Part shown: one piece after another, positions 28,044 to 37,196 of the stretch
How positions within the stretch are numbered: position 1 is the first letter of the stretch
How the letters are laid out: each line of letters opens with the position of its first letter
Source: an uncultured Candidatus Rokubacteria bacterium
GTDB taxonomy: Bacteria > Methylomirabilota > Methylomirabilia > Rokubacteriales > DASRDR01
Length of the DNA stretch: 64,000 nt
Direction of reading: 5' to 3'
NCBI GenBank assembly: GCA_963826115.1
Contig: CAWGVS010000006.1
Location: 192,001-256,000, forward strand
Notes under the pieces: generated by a model
What the model was told of the DNA's origin: nothing
Databases searched by the model: none
Seen by the model: the letters and a program-made list of their open reading frames with translations, nothing else
Program-made: the position numbers and the translations under genes

Positions 28044-28190
28044 ATGGACACTCCGGTTCCGGATAGCGATCGCGACGTCGCGCCCGAGCCTGCGAAGCGG
28101 CCGTGGACGACGCCGCGCCTGGTGGTGCACGGGCAGATTCCCGCCGTCACTTTCGCCGCTCCGAGCACCGTCACGAAGACGACGCCCTAA
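28044..28190 (+). CDS. Putative RiPP precursor peptide with lasso-family (RRE-binding) leader, 48 aa
   Basis: MDTPVPDSDRDVAPEPAKRPWTTPRLVVHGQIPAVTFAAPSTVTKTTP; matches (Y/W)xxPxLxxxGxxxxxT; strong RBS; own promoter. Confidence 0.75.
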   Translation: MDTPVPDSDRDVAPEPAKRPWTTPRLVVHGQIPAVTFAAPSTVTKTTP

Positions 28191-28271
28191 GCGCGCGCCC
28201 GGCACGCTGCGTGCCTGGACGGTTGCGCGGGTGATTGCCATGCGCGGCCGTTCGGCTCCGGACCGACGCTG

Positions 28272-29858
28272 ATCCCGCGAGCCTCCGCCGCCGCCCACTG
28301 GCTTGGCCGGGCGCGGTATCTTCGGAGCCTCGCAAGGCTCGGCCGCGCGCTGCCCGGCTACCTCGGCGACCCGACATCGGCTGCCGCCGCCGCCGAGTGG
28401 GTCCGCGACGGCCTCGTGGATCGCGAGCGACGGTTTCTCGACCTGGTCCAGCGCGCCGTGTTCGGGAACCCGTCGAGCCCTTATTTGGCGCTCCTCAGGC
28501 TCGCGGGATGCGAGCCCGGGGACGTGACCCGCCTCCTCGCGCAGGACGGCCTGGAGGGGACCCTTGCCCGGCTGCGCGACGCGGGCGTCTACCTGACGTT
28601 CGACGAGTTCAAGGGCCGCCGCGAGGTCGAGCGCGGCGGCCGGCGGTTCGGGTTCCGCGAGCGGGACTTCGACATGCCGGGCGAGACGCCTGCCCTCACC
28701 GCGGCCAGCGGCGGCACCCGCGGTCCGGCCACGCGGGTCCGGACGAGCTTGCCGCACCTGACCGACCTCGCGCGAGCCACTGCTCTCGCCCTTGACGCCC
28801 ACGACATCGGCCACGCCGAGCACGTGGTGTGGCTCGTCTCGGGTCTGACGGTCGCGCTCCTCACGGCGAAGCTCGGGCAACCGCCGGTCGCGTGGTTCCA
28901 TCCGCTCCCGCTGCCGCGAGGCGCCCGGTTGTCGGCCCTGTACGTGACGGCGCTCAGCCGGATCACCCGGTGCCCGCTGCCCCGTCCCCGGCGCCTCCCG
29001 CTCGAGCGGCCGGAGGCGATGGCGCACTGGCTGGCGGCGCGCGCGCGGGCCGGGCGGGCGGTCTGCGTCACGACCTACGCCAGCTCGGCGGTGCGGGTGG
29101 CGCGGAGCGCGCGGGAGGCGGGCCTCGACCTCGCGGGCGTGACGTTCGTGACGCTGGGCGAGCCGTTCACGGCCGCCAAGCGGGCAGCCGTCGAGGCCGC
29201 GGGCGCCCGGGCGCTGGTCCGCTACGCCTTCACCGAGGCCGGGATCATCGGCTTCGCGTGCGCCACGCCGCGCGCGCCCGATGACCTGCACTTCTTCGAC
29301 AACGCCCATGCGATGATCCTCCGGACCCGGCGGGTGGGAGCGGAGGGCCCGACCGTCGAGGCGCTCCTGTTCACCTCGCTGCTGCTCAGCGCCCCCAAGG
29401 TCTTGATCAACGTGGAGAGCGGCGACTCCGCCGGCGTGGGGCGCCGGGCGTGCGAGTGCCGCCTCGGCGCCGCCGGCTTGACGACGCACCTCGAGTCCAT
29501 CCGCAGCTTCGAGAAGCTGAGCGGCGAGGGCATGACCTTCATCCAGGTCGACCTGCTGCGCGTCCTGGAGGACGTGCTGCCCGCGCAGTTCGGCGGCGTC
29601 GGCGCGGACTACCAGGTCGTCGAGGAGGAGGGCACCGAGGGGATCCTGCGGCTCACCCTGGCGGTGAGCCCCCGCGTCGGGCCGGTCGACCTCGAGCAGG
29701 TGCGAGCCGCCTTCCTGGACGGGCTCGCTCGACAGCCGGGCGCCTCGCGGGCGGGCGTCGAGATGTGGCGGGCTGCGGAGACCGTGCGCGTCGTCCGCCG
29801 GCCGCCCACGGCGACCGCGGCCGGGAAGATCCTGCCGTTCCACGTCGCGCCCCGCTAG
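28272..29858 (+). CDS. Phenylacetate-CoA ligase/CapK-like adenylate-forming enzyme; start uncertain (first canonical GTG 28416)
   Basis: SGGTRG P-loop, TYASS, GEP, YAFTEAG, TSLL...ESGD, CEC, C-terminal TAAGK. Confidence 0.78.
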   Translation: MPRASAAAHWLGRARYLRSLARLGRALPGYLGDPTSAAAAAEWVRDGLVDRERRFLDLVQRAVFGNPSSPYLALLRLAGCEPGDVTRLLAQDGLEGTLARLRDAGVYLTFDEFKGRREVERGGRRFGFRERDFDMPGETPALTAASGGTRGPATRVRTSLPHLTDLARATALALDAHDIGHAEHVVWLVSGLTVALLTAKLGQPPVAWFHPLPLPRGARLSALYVTALSRITRCPLPRPRRLPLERPEAMAHWLAARARAGRAVCVTTYASSAVRVARSAREAGLDLAGVTFVTLGEPFTAAKRAAVEAAGARALVRYAFTEAGIIGFACATPRAPDDLHFFDNAHAMILRTRRVGAEGPTVEALLFTSLLLSAPKVLINVESGDSAGVGRRACECRLGAAGLTTHLESIRSFEKLSGEGMTFIQVDLLRVLEDVLPAQFGGVGADYQVVEEEGTEGILRLTLAVSPRVGPVDLEQVRAAFLDGLARQPGASRAGVEMWRAAETVRVVRRPPTATAAGKILPFHVAPR

Positions 29859-29984
29859 CGAACGAGGTCGCGGCGCCGCGATTGCGTCGCCCGGGTGGGC
29901 GGGCTAGGATGCGGGCCGCGGCCGGTGGGCCCGCCGGCATGCCTCCGCGTCGACGACCGTCAGGGGGAAGGGAGATCCAGGCGC

Positions 29985-30773
29985 ATGGCCTTCGAGACGA
30001 TCCTCGTGGAGCGCGAGCGCGACGGCATGCTCGTCGTCGTGACTTTCAACCGCCCGAAGCAGCTGAACGCGATCAACCGGGCCGTCGTCCGCGACCTGGA
30101 CGAGCTGTGCGCGGGCCTCGAGGGCGATGCGGCGGCGCGCGTCGTCCTGTTCACGGGCGCCGGGGAGCGCGCCTTCGTCGCGGGCGCCGATATCGGCGAG
30201 TTCGTGGGGCTCACGCCCGTCGAGGCGCTGACGTTCGGGCAGCGCATCCAGCGGCTGTTCAGCCGGATCGAGGCGCTGCCCCAGGTCACGATCGCCGCCG
30301 TCAACGGCTTCGCCCTCGGCGGGGGATGCGAGCTCACCCAGTGCTGCGACCTCGTCCTGGCCGCGGAGACCGCCCGCTTCGGCCAGCCGGAGGTCAATCT
30401 CGGCGTGACGCCGGGGGCGGGGGGGACCCAACGCCTGACTCGCGTCGTCGGCATGCACCGCGCCAAGGAGCTGAATCTCCTCGGCGAGATGATCGACGCG
30501 CAGGAGGCCTACCGGCTCGGCATCGCGAACCGCGTGGTGCCCGCCGACCGGCTGATGGCGGAGGCGCGGGCCATGGCCGACAAGCTCATCGCCAAGGCGC
30601 CGATCACGCTCCGGCTGATCAAGGAGGCGATGAACGAGGGCTACGACCTCGACCTCCCCAAGGGCCTCGCCATCGAGGCGAAGGCCTGGGGCGTCGTCTA
30701 CTCGACCGAGGACAAGACGGAGGGAGTCGCCGCGTTCCTCGAGAAGCGGAAGCCCGTGTTCAAGGGTCGGTAG
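29985..30773 (+). CDS. Enoyl-CoA hydratase/isomerase (crotonase)
   Basis: [47 protein letters not shown]. Confidence 0.95.
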   Translation: MAFETILVERERDGMLVVVTFNRPKQLNAINRAVVRDLDELCAGLEGDAAARVVLFTGAGERAFVAGADIGEFVGLTPVEALTFGQRIQRLFSRIEALPQVTIAAVNGFALGGGCELTQCCDLVLAAETARFGQPEVNLGVTPGAGGTQRLTRVVGMHRAKELNLLGEMIDAQEAYRLGIANRVVPADRLMAEARAMADKLIAKAPITLRLIKEAMNEGYDLDLPKGLAIEAKAWGVVYSTEDKTEGVAAFLEKRKPVFKGR

Positions 30774-30816
30774 CCGGCCCCGCGCGGCTCGGGCGTCAGG
30801 GCCCCCGGGCCGGCGC

Positions 30817-32364
30817 TCAGTTCACGCGCCGCTCGTGCCCCTTCCAGTACGGCTCGCGGAGCTTGAACTTCTGGAGCTTGCCGGTGGCGGTCCGCGACAG
30901 CTCGGTCCGGATCTCGATCGACGTGGGGCACTTGAAGTGGGCCATGCGGGACCGGCAGAAGTCCATCAACTCCTTCTCCGTCGCCTTCGTGCCGGGCTTC
31001 AGGACGACGAGCGCCTTGATCGTCTCGCCCCACTTCTCGTCGGGGATCCCGATCACCGCCGCCTCGGCCACGCCCGGGTGCTGGAAGAGACAGTCCTCGA
31101 CCTCGATGGACGAGACGTTCTCGCCGCCGGTGATGATGACGTCCTTCTTCCGGTCACTGATCACGAGGTGCGGCCCGTCCATGTGGCCGCCGTCGCCGGT
31201 GTGGAACCAGCCGTCGACGATCGCCTTTGCCGTCTCCGCCGGCTGCTCCCAGTAGCCCTCGAAGACGTGGTTCGAGCGCGCCAGCACCTCGCCGTGCTCG
31301 TCCACGCGGATCTGGACGCCCAGCGCCGGGGGACCGGTGCGCGCGAGGAGCCGCGCCTTCTCGTCGTTCGGCAGCCCGTCGAGCTCCGGGCCCGCGCGGT
31401 TGAAGGTGAGGAGCGGGGATGTCTCGGTGAGTCCGTAGATCTGGATGAACTCCCAGCCGAGCTCCTCCGCCATGCGCGCGATGACCTTCGAGGGCGGCGG
31501 CGCGCCGGCCACCACCATGCGCACGCTGCCGCGGCCGGGCACCGGCCGGTCGGCCGCGCGCCGCTTCTCCGCGGCGCCGAGGATCGCCGCCACGACCGCG
31601 GGCGCCCCGCACAGGAGGCTGACGCCCTGGGACTCGACCCGCTTCAGGATCTCCTCGCCGTCGACCTTCCGCAGGACGACGTGGCGGCCGGCCATGCCGG
31701 TCACGGCGTACCCCATGCCCCAGCCGTTGCAGTGGAACATCGGGAGGGTGTGGAGGTAGACCTCGCGCTCGGTCACGCCGGTGTGCCAGCCGAAGATCGC
31801 GGCGTTGAGCCAGATGTTCCGGTGGGTCACCTGGACGCCCTTCGGCCGCGCGGTCGTGCCCGACGTGTAGTTGATGCTCGCCGTCTCGTTCTCGTCGATC
31901 TCGCGCCGGCGCGGCATCGCGCCGGGCGGCGCCTCGGCGAACAGCTCGGCGTCGTGGACGCCGTCCATCACGATCCGGTGCTTGGCCTTCACGGAGGCCA
32001 GCGACTGATCGAGCTCGGGGTCGACCAGGAGCACGGTCGCCCCGGAGTGGTCGACGATGTACCGGATCTCCTCGGCGGTGAGCCGGAAGTTGGCCGGGAC
32101 GACGACCCGGTTGAAGCCGCTCACGCCCCAGAAGGCGATCAGGATCCGCGCGGCATTGGGGCTGACGATCGCGACGCGCTCTCCGTCGCCGATGCCCATC
32201 CGGTCGAGCGCGAGCGCCATGCCGCGGGCGCGCGCCTCGAACTGAGCGTAGGTGAGTGTGCCCAGCGAGCCGAGCACGTTCGGCTCGTCGACCACCGCCA
32301 CGCGGTCGCCGTGAACGTAGGCCGCGCGCGCGAGGAAATCCCAGACGTTCAGGGGCACACGCAT
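30817..32364 (-). CDS. Acyl-CoA synthetase (AMP-binding)
   Basis: YTSGTTARPKGV, PMFHCNGW, YGLTETSP, WFHTGD, TATGKLQK. Confidence 0.95.
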   Translation of the reverse strand: MRVPLNVWDFLARAAYVHGDRVAVVDEPNVLGSLGTLTYAQFEARARGMALALDRMGIGDGERVAIVSPNAARILIAFWGVSGFNRVVVPANFRLTAEEIRYIVDHSGATVLLVDPELDQSLASVKAKHRIVMDGVHDAELFAEAPPGAMPRRREIDENETASINYTSGTTARPKGVQVTHRNIWLNAAIFGWHTGVTEREVYLHTLPMFHCNGWGMGYAVTGMAGRHVVLRKVDGEEILKRVESQGVSLLCGAPAVVAAILGAAEKRRAADRPVPGRGSVRMVVAGAPPPSKVIARMAEELGWEFIQIYGLTETSPLLTFNRAGPELDGLPNDEKARLLARTGPPALGVQIRVDEHGEVLARSNHVFEGYWEQPAETAKAIVDGWFHTGDGGHMDGPHLVISDRKKDVIITGGENVSSIEVEDCLFQHPGVAEAAVIGIPDEKWGETIKALVVLKPGTKATEKELMDFCRSRMAHFKCPTSIEIRTELSRTATGKLQKFKLREPYWKGHERRVN

Positions 32365-32672
32365 GGACGACCCTCCGTGTCAGGGGCGGGCTTGCGACCA
32401 GGGATCCGGGGAGGCACCCCGGGCGCGACGACGTACAGACGATGCCCGATGAGCGTGCGGGGCGTCAAGCGGTTCGCCCCGACAGGCCGGCGGCCCGTCG
32501 GCGTCGCCGCGCGCCCGGCCGGAGCGGGCGGACTGGAGCGCCGGCCCCGTCGGCCGGTCACCGGGTCGTGTATGCTCGCTATTCGGGGCCCAGGCGGAGC
32601 GCTCCGCGCGAAGGGTGATCTAGCCGGCCCGCGCCCGATGCCGCGGACCGCGGTCGGAAGAGGACGGACGCC

Positions 32673-33164
32673 ATGCTGAGCAAGGAAGAGGTCGCCAAGA
32701 TGTCACGTCCGGAGCGGCTCGAGCGCCTGGGGCACACCGGGCACGAGCTGGACCAGGCGATCGCCGACCGGCCGGAGGGCGTGCTCTGCCGGCGTCCGGA
32801 CGAGAAGAACTGGGCGCCCAAGGAGGTGGTCTGCCACCTCCGGGACACCGAGGAGTTCTTCATGATCCGGTTCCAGACGCTGGCGGCGGCCCACGAGCCG
32901 CCCCTGGTGCCGGCCGATCCGATGCGATGGGCCGAGGACCGCCAGTACATTCGCAACGACGCCGGGGAGGCCAGCCGCGCGTTCCGCCTGCGGCGGGAGG
33001 AATCCATCGCTCACCTGCGCGGGCTCGCCGACGCCCAGTGGTCGCGCGCCGGCCTCCATCCGACGTACGGGCGCATGACCGTCGAGGACATCGTCAACCT
33101 GATGGTCTGGCACGACGCGAACCACCTCGACCAGCTCCACCGCGCGCTCCGGGGCGAGGCCTAG
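32673..33164 (+). CDS. DinB family protein
   Basis: WAPKEVVCHLRD, HPTYG, WHDANHLDQ His triad. Confidence 0.85.
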   Translation: MLSKEEVAKMSRPERLERLGHTGHELDQAIADRPEGVLCRRPDEKNWAPKEVVCHLRDTEEFFMIRFQTLAAAHEPPLVPADPMRWAEDRQYIRNDAGEASRAFRLRREESIAHLRGLADAQWSRAGLHPTYGRMTVEDIVNLMVWHDANHLDQLHRALRGEA

Positions 33165-33200
33165 GCTCCGCCCCCATCGAGGTCCCACGAGGGAGGACAG

Positions 33201-34958
33201 ATGTCAGATCGATTCGTTTCCGGGAACCCCGGTCGTGACGTGCAGCGTGTGGGCACTGCGCGCTTCCTGGGGCAGGATCCCCAGAAGATCCACGATCCGG
33301 TCTGGGCGGTCACGGGGAATCTCGGCGACAGCCAGTGCTACCTCGGCGTGACCGACAAGGTCCAGGCCATCCAGGCGGCGCTCGCCGCCCGCATCCGCCA
33401 GGACGACCTGCCCGTGCGACTGATCCCGCCCGCCTACACGCTCGGCGTGTCGGACGGGCAGCTGAACGGGACCGAGCGCATGCGCTACTCGCTGATCGGG
33501 CGAGAGCTCGCGAACGACGCGATCGACGCGCACCTGCACGCGAACGACGTGCAGGGGCTCATCGCGGTCGTCGCGTGCGACAAGCCGCCGGTCGGCACGC
33601 TCGCGGCCGTCCTCGAGCGGGACGTGCCGACGGTCTTCCTCTCCGACGGCTCGATCAAGCCCGGCGCCGATCCCGTGAGTGGCGAGCGCATCGACCTCGT
33701 GACCGCGTTCCAGGCCGCAGGCGACCCCGACCCCGCCCGCCGTACGCAGATCGCGCTGCACGCCTGCCCGGGCCAGGGAAGCTGCGGCGGCATGTTCACG
33801 TACAACACCATGCAGACGTTCATCGCCGTCGTCGGCATGGAGCCGCTCCACATGGTGGCGCCCCCCTCCGACGATCCGCGCCGGCTCGCCGAGTTCCCCG
33901 GAGAGCTCGTCGACTGTCTCGTCACGCTGACCCGGAAGCGGATCACGCCGCGGGCCATCGTGACGCCGAAGGCGCTGCGCAACGCGCTGACGGTCGCCAT
34001 CGCCATGGGCGGCTCGACCAACGTCGCCCTCCACAGCGTCGAGATCGCGCGCGCCGCCGGGCTCGACGTCTGGAAGGACGTGATGAGCCAGGACGAGTTC
34101 AACGCGCTCTCGCACCGTATCCCCGTCCTCATCAACGCCCGGCCGTTCGGGTCCTACTCGATGGTCGACATCGGGGCGAAGGGCGGACTCCAGGTGATCG
34201 TGAAGCAGCTTCTCGACGCGGGCTATCTCGACGGCGGCTGCCTCACGTGCACCGGCGAAACCCTCGCGGAGCAGGTGCGGCGCCTGGCGCCGCCGACGCC
34301 CGACGGCGACGTCATCCATCCGATCGCGTCCCCGTTCAAGAAGACCGGCGGTCTCCGCCTTCTGCGCGGCAACCTGGCCCCCGAGGGCGGGGCCATCCTG
34401 AAGGTTGCCGGCGTCGAGGGCGGGATCAAGGATGGCGTCTTCACCGGCCGCGCGCGCGTCTTCGACAGCGAGCGCGAGCTCATCGCCGCCCTCGAGAACA
34501 CGCCGGACGTCTTCGCAGACCACGACATGGTTGTCATCCGCTACGAGGGCCCGCGCGGCGCGCCCGGCATGCCGGAGCTGCTCGACCCGACGTCGCGCAT
34601 CACGGCCCTCTGCCGTCGCAAGAAGATCACGATCGCGCTCATGACCGACGCCCGCTTCTCGGGCGGGTCCGTCGGCCTGGTGATCGGCCACGTCGCGCCC
34701 GAAGCGTACCTCGGCGGCCCGATCGCGCTGGTCGAGGACGGCGACACGATCGTCGTCGACCTGAGCAAGGACCGCCTGGACTGCCGCGAGCTCGCCGACG
34801 AGGCTGTTCGCGCGCGCCGCGCCGCCGCCTGGCGGACGGCAGCGCAGCAGCACGGTGGCGTGCACCCGGCGGTGAAGCCGGTGACAAACCGCCTCCTGAA
34901 GCGGATGCGCGCCGGGGCGCGTCCCGCGCTCGAGGGCGCGGGGATGGCGACCGACTAG
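33201..34958 (+). CDS. ilvD: Dihydroxy-acid dehydratase (IlvD/Edd family)
   Basis: SDG...MRYSLIGRE, ACDK, GSCGGMFT, MGGSTN, RYEGPRGAPGMPE, TDARFSGG, IGHVAPEA; substrate not certain. Confidence 0.88.
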   Translation: MSDRFVSGNPGRDVQRVGTARFLGQDPQKIHDPVWAVTGNLGDSQCYLGVTDKVQAIQAALAARIRQDDLPVRLIPPAYTLGVSDGQLNGTERMRYSLIGRELANDAIDAHLHANDVQGLIAVVACDKPPVGTLAAVLERDVPTVFLSDGSIKPGADPVSGERIDLVTAFQAAGDPDPARRTQIALHACPGQGSCGGMFTYNTMQTFIAVVGMEPLHMVAPPSDDPRRLAEFPGELVDCLVTLTRKRITPRAIVTPKALRNALTVAIAMGGSTNVALHSVEIARAAGLDVWKDVMSQDEFNALSHRIPVLINARPFGSYSMVDIGAKGGLQVIVKQLLDAGYLDGGCLTCTGETLAEQVRRLAPPTPDGDVIHPIASPFKKTGGLRLLRGNLAPEGGAILKVAGVEGGIKDGVFTGRARVFDSERELIAALENTPDVFADHDMVVIRYEGPRGAPGMPELLDPTSRITALCRRKKITIALMTDARFSGGSVGLVIGHVAPEAYLGGPIALVEDGDTIVVDLSKDRLDCRELADEAVRARRAAAWRTAAQQHGGVHPAVKPVTNRLLKRMRAGARPALEGAGMATD

Positions 34959-35008
34959 CGGCCGCCGCGCGTCGGCGCGCGCTCCGGATCGACGAGGGCC
35001 AGGTCCGG

Positions 35009-35800
35009 TCAGACCAGTCCCGCGTACGAGCCGCCGTCGACGAGCACGCTCTCCCCGGTGATGAACCGGGCCTGCTGGGAGCACAGGAACGCGACGACGG
35101 CGCCGAAGTCCTTCGCGTCGCCTATGGTCCGCATGGGATTGCTGGACCGGTGGGAGTCCATCGCCGCCTCGAAGGTGATGCCCTCGCTCGCCGCCCGGCT
35201 GCGCGCGGTCTGCTCCACGCGGTCCGTGGCGTGGGAGCCCGGCAGGGCCGCATTGATGGTCACGCCGGTCTGCGCGATCTCTCGCGCCACCGTCTTCATG
35301 AACCCCGTCAGCCCCGCCCGTGCCGTGTTGGAGAGCAGGATGTGGGGGATCGGCTGCTTCACCGAGACCGACGTGATGTAGACGATCCGGCCCCACTTCT
35401 TCTTGACCATCGCCGGCACGGCCCCGTAGGTGAGCCGGATCGAGCTCATCATCGACAGCTCCACGGCCGGGATGAACTGCTCGAGCTTCGTGCTGGCGAA
35501 GGTCCCGGCGGGCGGCCCGCCGGCGTTGCCCACGACGATGTCGGGGTCGCCGAGCCGCGCGCGCACGTCGGCGAGCAGCCGGTCGATGTCCTCGGCCCTG
35601 GTCATGTCGGCCACGAACGGCGCGACCTCGTGGCCGGTGACGGCCGCGATCTCGCGGGCCACCCGCTCCACGTCGGCGCGCGTCCGGGCGCAGATGGCCA
35701 CGCGGCAGCCTTCCGCCGAGAGGGCCTCCGCGGAGCCCCGCCCCAGACCCTTCGAGGCGGCGGTGACGAGCGCGATCTTTCCCCGAATGCCGAGATCCAT
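35009..35800 (-). CDS. Short-chain dehydrogenase/reductase
   Basis: TAASKGLG, NAGGPP, SNTAR (atypical YxxxK position), LVDGG. Confidence 0.9.
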   Translation of the reverse strand: MDLGIRGKIALVTAASKGLGRGSAEALSAEGCRVAICARTRADVERVAREIAAVTGHEVAPFVADMTRAEDIDRLLADVRARLGDPDIVVGNAGGPPAGTFASTKLEQFIPAVELSMMSSIRLTYGAVPAMVKKKWGRIVYITSVSVKQPIPHILLSNTARAGLTGFMKTVAREIAQTGVTINAALPGSHATDRVEQTARSRAASEGITFEAAMDSHRSSNPMRTIGDAKDFGAVVAFLCSQQARFITGESVLVDGGSYAGLV

Positions 35801-35830
35801 GCGTGGGTCCTCCGTGACAGGGTGCGAGGC

Positions 35831-36514
35831 TCAGACGGGCCAGGCCTCGAGGCGCCAGGCCATCTCCCAGAAGAGGTACTCGTAGCGGCTCGAGGTCAGG
35901 AAAGCGTCCTCCATCCGCCCGCGGGTCGCGTCGTCGGCGCCGGCGCCGAGCCGGTCCACGAGCTCCCGGCACCAGCCCGCCAGCGCCGCGAACTCGGGGT
36001 CGGCGTACATCGCGACCCACTTCGCGTAGCGGGGCTCGGCGGGCCGGCCGCGCGCGGCGAGCGTCTGCCCGATCTCCGCGAAGCCCCACATGCAGGGGAG
36101 CAGCGCCGCGGCCAGCTCGGCGAAGTCCCCCGTGGCCGCAACGCGCACCAGGAAGTCGGTGTAGGCGCGGGTGGTGGGCGCCATCGGCTCCCGCTCGAGC
36201 GCGGCGGCGTCGATGCCGAACTCCGCGGCGTACGCGCGGTGGAGGTCCATCTCGGTCCGTGCCGTCGCCTGGAGGAGGTCCGCGAAGCGCGCAAGGGTCT
36301 CGAGGTCGGGCGCGCGGGCCGCCGCGAGCCCGAAGAGCCGGCAGTACTCCACGAGGAAGCGGTAGTCCTGCCGCACCCAGTGGCGGAAGCGATCGAGGTC
36401 GAGCGATCCGTCCCCGATGCCGCGCACGAACGGGTGCTGGAGCTGCGCGCGCCACACCGGCTCCGCCACGCGGCGGAGGCGCGCCGAGAAGGGCTCGCCG
36501 CCCGGCCCGTCCAC
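35831..36514 (-). CDS. tenA: Thiaminase II / aminopyrimidine aminohydrolase
   Basis: HPFVRGIGDGSL, QDYRFL, LLPCMWG catalytic Cys, YEYLFWEMAW; start could be ATG 36589. Confidence 0.88.
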   Translation of the reverse strand: MDGPGGEPFSARLRRVAEPVWRAQLQHPFVRGIGDGSLDLDRFRHWVRQDYRFLVEYCRLFGLAAARAPDLETLARFADLLQATARTEMDLHRAYAAEFGIDAAALEREPMAPTTRAYTDFLVRVAATGDFAELAAALLPCMWGFAEIGQTLAARGRPAEPRYAKWVAMYADPEFAALAGWCRELVDRLGAGADDATRGRMEDAFLTSSRYEYLFWEMAWRLEAWPV

Positions 36515-36543
36515 CGGCTCCGTGCGCGGGTCCGACAGCGGGC

Positions 36544-37191
36544 TCAGGAGGGGGGCGGGTCCGCGTCCGGGTGTCCCGTGCCCGTCCATTCCGGCACCAG
36601 CCCGTGCGCGATGCCGAGCCGGTCGAGCACGCGGCCCACCGTGTGGTCGACCAGGTCGCGGATCGTCTTCGGGCGGTGGTAGAACGCCGGGACCGGGGGC
36701 AGGATGATCCCGCCCATCTCCGCCAGCGCGAGCATCTGGCGCAGGTGGCCGACGTGGAGCGGAGTCTCGCGCACGACGACGATCAGCGGCCGGCCCTCCT
36801 TGAGGGTCACGTCGCCCGCGCGCGCGATGAGCGTGTCGGCGTGGGAGGTGGCGAGCGCCGAGAGAGTCTTGATGCTGCACGGCGCGACCACCATCCCGGC
36901 CGTCCGGAAGGAGCCGCTGGCCAGGGCCGCGCCGATGTCGCGGTCGTCGTAGGCACGCGTCGCCAGGGCCTCCACGTCGCGCGCCGTGTACTCGGTCTCC
37001 TCCACGAGCGTGCGCTTGGCGGCCCGGCTCACGATCAGGTGGGTCTCCAGACCGGGCACCTCCCGCAGAGCCTCCAGGAGGCGGATGCCGTAGATCGACC
37101 CGCTTGCGCCGGAGATGCCGACGACGAGGCGCACCGGCGCGCGGCCACCGGTCGCGCCGCTGGGAACACCCGGACGGGTCGACGGCCGCAT
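36544..37191 (-). CDS. ubiX: Flavin prenyltransferase UbiX
   Basis: VGISGASG, ASGS, APCSIKTL, RAGDVTLKE, RETPL, PPVPAFYHRP; real start may be ~37134. Confidence 0.93.
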   Translation of the reverse strand: MRPSTRPGVPSGATGGRAPVRLVVGISGASGSIYGIRLLEALREVPGLETHLIVSRAAKRTLVEETEYTARDVEALATRAYDDRDIGAALASGSFRTAGMVVAPCSIKTLSALATSHADTLIARAGDVTLKEGRPLIVVVRETPLHVGHLRQMLALAEMGGIILPPVPAFYHRPKTIRDLVDHTVGRVLDRLGIAHGLVPEWTGTGHPDADPPPS

Positions 37192-37196
37192 CGCGC

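Noticed and set aside
28044-28190. Calling the peptide a true lasso peptide
   Set aside because: No Asp/Glu acceptor in the predicted core and no lasso cyclase or B1/B2 genes in the window
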